64,000 nucleotides of DNA, from assembly GCA_050084515.1 (NCBI GenBank), contig CM114271.1, positions 30,070,001-30,134,000 of the forward strand, given 5' to 3'. Source of the stretch: Blasia pusilla. Lineage: Eukaryota. This document shows, piece by piece, positions 63,011 through 64,000 of this stretch. The translations under genes were made by a program, and so were the position numbers. Within the stretch, counting starts at the first letter, position 1; each line of letters starts with the position of its first letter. The notes under the pieces were generated by a model, which did no database searches, had not been told where the DNA came from, and was given only the letters and a program-made list of their open reading frames with translations.

Positions 63011-63289
63011 GGTACACCCTTCCTATCGGACTAACTAAACGAAACACTCCATCTCAGTTATCTACAACACTACACCTGGTGTCACCATGGCTCGCTCTAT
63101 CATTGCCCTAGCTGACATCTCTACCAACTTCACCACCACAACATGCCATGACTCAGTTGAGGACGTCTCGAGCACCTACACCGAGGGTACGTCCGCCTTT
63201 ATCTCTAAGTAGAGAGAGTCAAGTGACGATAGAGCTTCTAGAACGGAGACGTTGACACCATTGGATACTACACCTGTAGTGTGGCAATG

Positions 63290-64000
63290 TCCAAAGGAGG
63301 ATGTGAGTCTGAGTGTTAGATCTCTTTGGAGGGATCAACACATTATTAGCACTAGTGCTGTTACAGCCAGACATACGAGTGCATTAGTACATTTAAGTGG
63401 AGAGAGATGAGATTGCATGATGGGTCTCATTGTGCCATGTGGTGAGATTGGTTCAGAGACATCTTAATCTATTGTTGGTATCTGCAATACGAGGTTACCT
63501 ACATTTCGTTGTTGGGGGCGCAAGACCAAGATAGAGTTGGCACCATTCGTTTGGTGATTGCTAGATGGCCATGTCAAGGTTATTTATTACCTGGCCGAGG
63601 ATTTGGATTACAGGATCCAAGGTCAATGATGTTTTGGGAGATGTTGCGAGTATTACGACACTTGCAGGAGAATCAAACATGTCCTCCAATGTACATTCTG
63701 GAGAACGTGCCACTCATGGGAGACACTCGTGCACGGGTGATGACAAGTATGCATCAGGTGAGATTGTGGTTGGGACTTGCCGTATTGCTTGATGTAGCAT
63801 GAGTTGGATTATGCGCACACCGTCCATGGTTGTGGTGGACAAACCTTCACCATCAAAGGTGCTAAGGCAAGCTTCTGATGGAGTTCAGAGAGCACCATAC
63901 TTGATAGTGGATGCAATCTTGGGTCCAAGGCATCGATCTCAAGTGGTGATGTGGGATGATAGAATACTATTGGCAATAGCCAATATGATGGGACAATTGA
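63290..64000 (+). pseudogene. DNMT3-like C5 cytosine methyltransferase domain (copy 2; motifs I-VIII visible)
   Basis: VLDLFGGINT (I), VERDEIA (II), LVIARWPCQG (IV, PCQ at 63569-63577), GLQDPRSMMFWEMLRVL, YILENV (VI, 63701-63709) and AHRPWLWWTN (VIII, cf. DNMT3 AHRARYFWGN). Stops and frameshifts are present. Confidence 0.9.

Larger units (their letters stand above)
62100..64000 (+). mobile_element. Second, internally inverted copy of the DNMT-bearing gypsy family (runs off the window)
   Basis: Segments homologous to copy 1: 62126-62290 (-, GRQAGVP linker), 62350-62510 (+, EMATAVSQTPLF), ~62520-63195 (-, protease) and 63240-64000 (+, LTPLDTTPVVW..PKEDV followed by the DNMT). Confidence 0.85.

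Noticed and set aside
63290-64000. Host DNMT3/DRM gene
   Set aside because: It has no introns, contains stops and frameshifts, is flanked by retroviral protease and linker sequence, and is homologous to the domain embedded in gypsy pol at 19 kb. The motif order is not permuted as in DRM.

Overview
Eukaryotic nuclear DNA from a land plant, probably a non-seed or bryophyte-type plant (inference from the SKP1/TEX1 sequences and TE types). It holds four intron-containing host genes: SKP1 copy A (+, 4199-4944), THOC3/TEX1 (-, 11108-7268, 11 coding exons), SKP1 copy B (-, 48900-48156, an inverted paralog of copy A) and a receptor-like cytoplasmic kinase with atypical catalytic motifs (+, 55377-57552). 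Most of the rest is decayed, nested transposable elements (Ty3/gypsy, Ty1/copia, APE-type and RLE-type LINEs, Helitron-like, CACTA-like and MITE-like pieces). The main signal is a Ty3/gypsy family present in two decayed copies (about 14.9-24.7 kb on the - strand, and about 62.1-64 kb). Combining the two copies gives the inferred polyprotein Gag - CCHC knuckle - aspartic protease - DNMT3-like C5 cytosine methyltransferase - RT - RNase H - integrase - PHD finger. The 5' leader of copy 1 carries about 14 regularly spaced 22-bp palindromic motifs separated by mostly unique spacers. A weaker remnant resembling an N4/N6 (amino) DNA methyltransferase lies next to copy 2. All calls come from manual reading and translation; no database searches were run.
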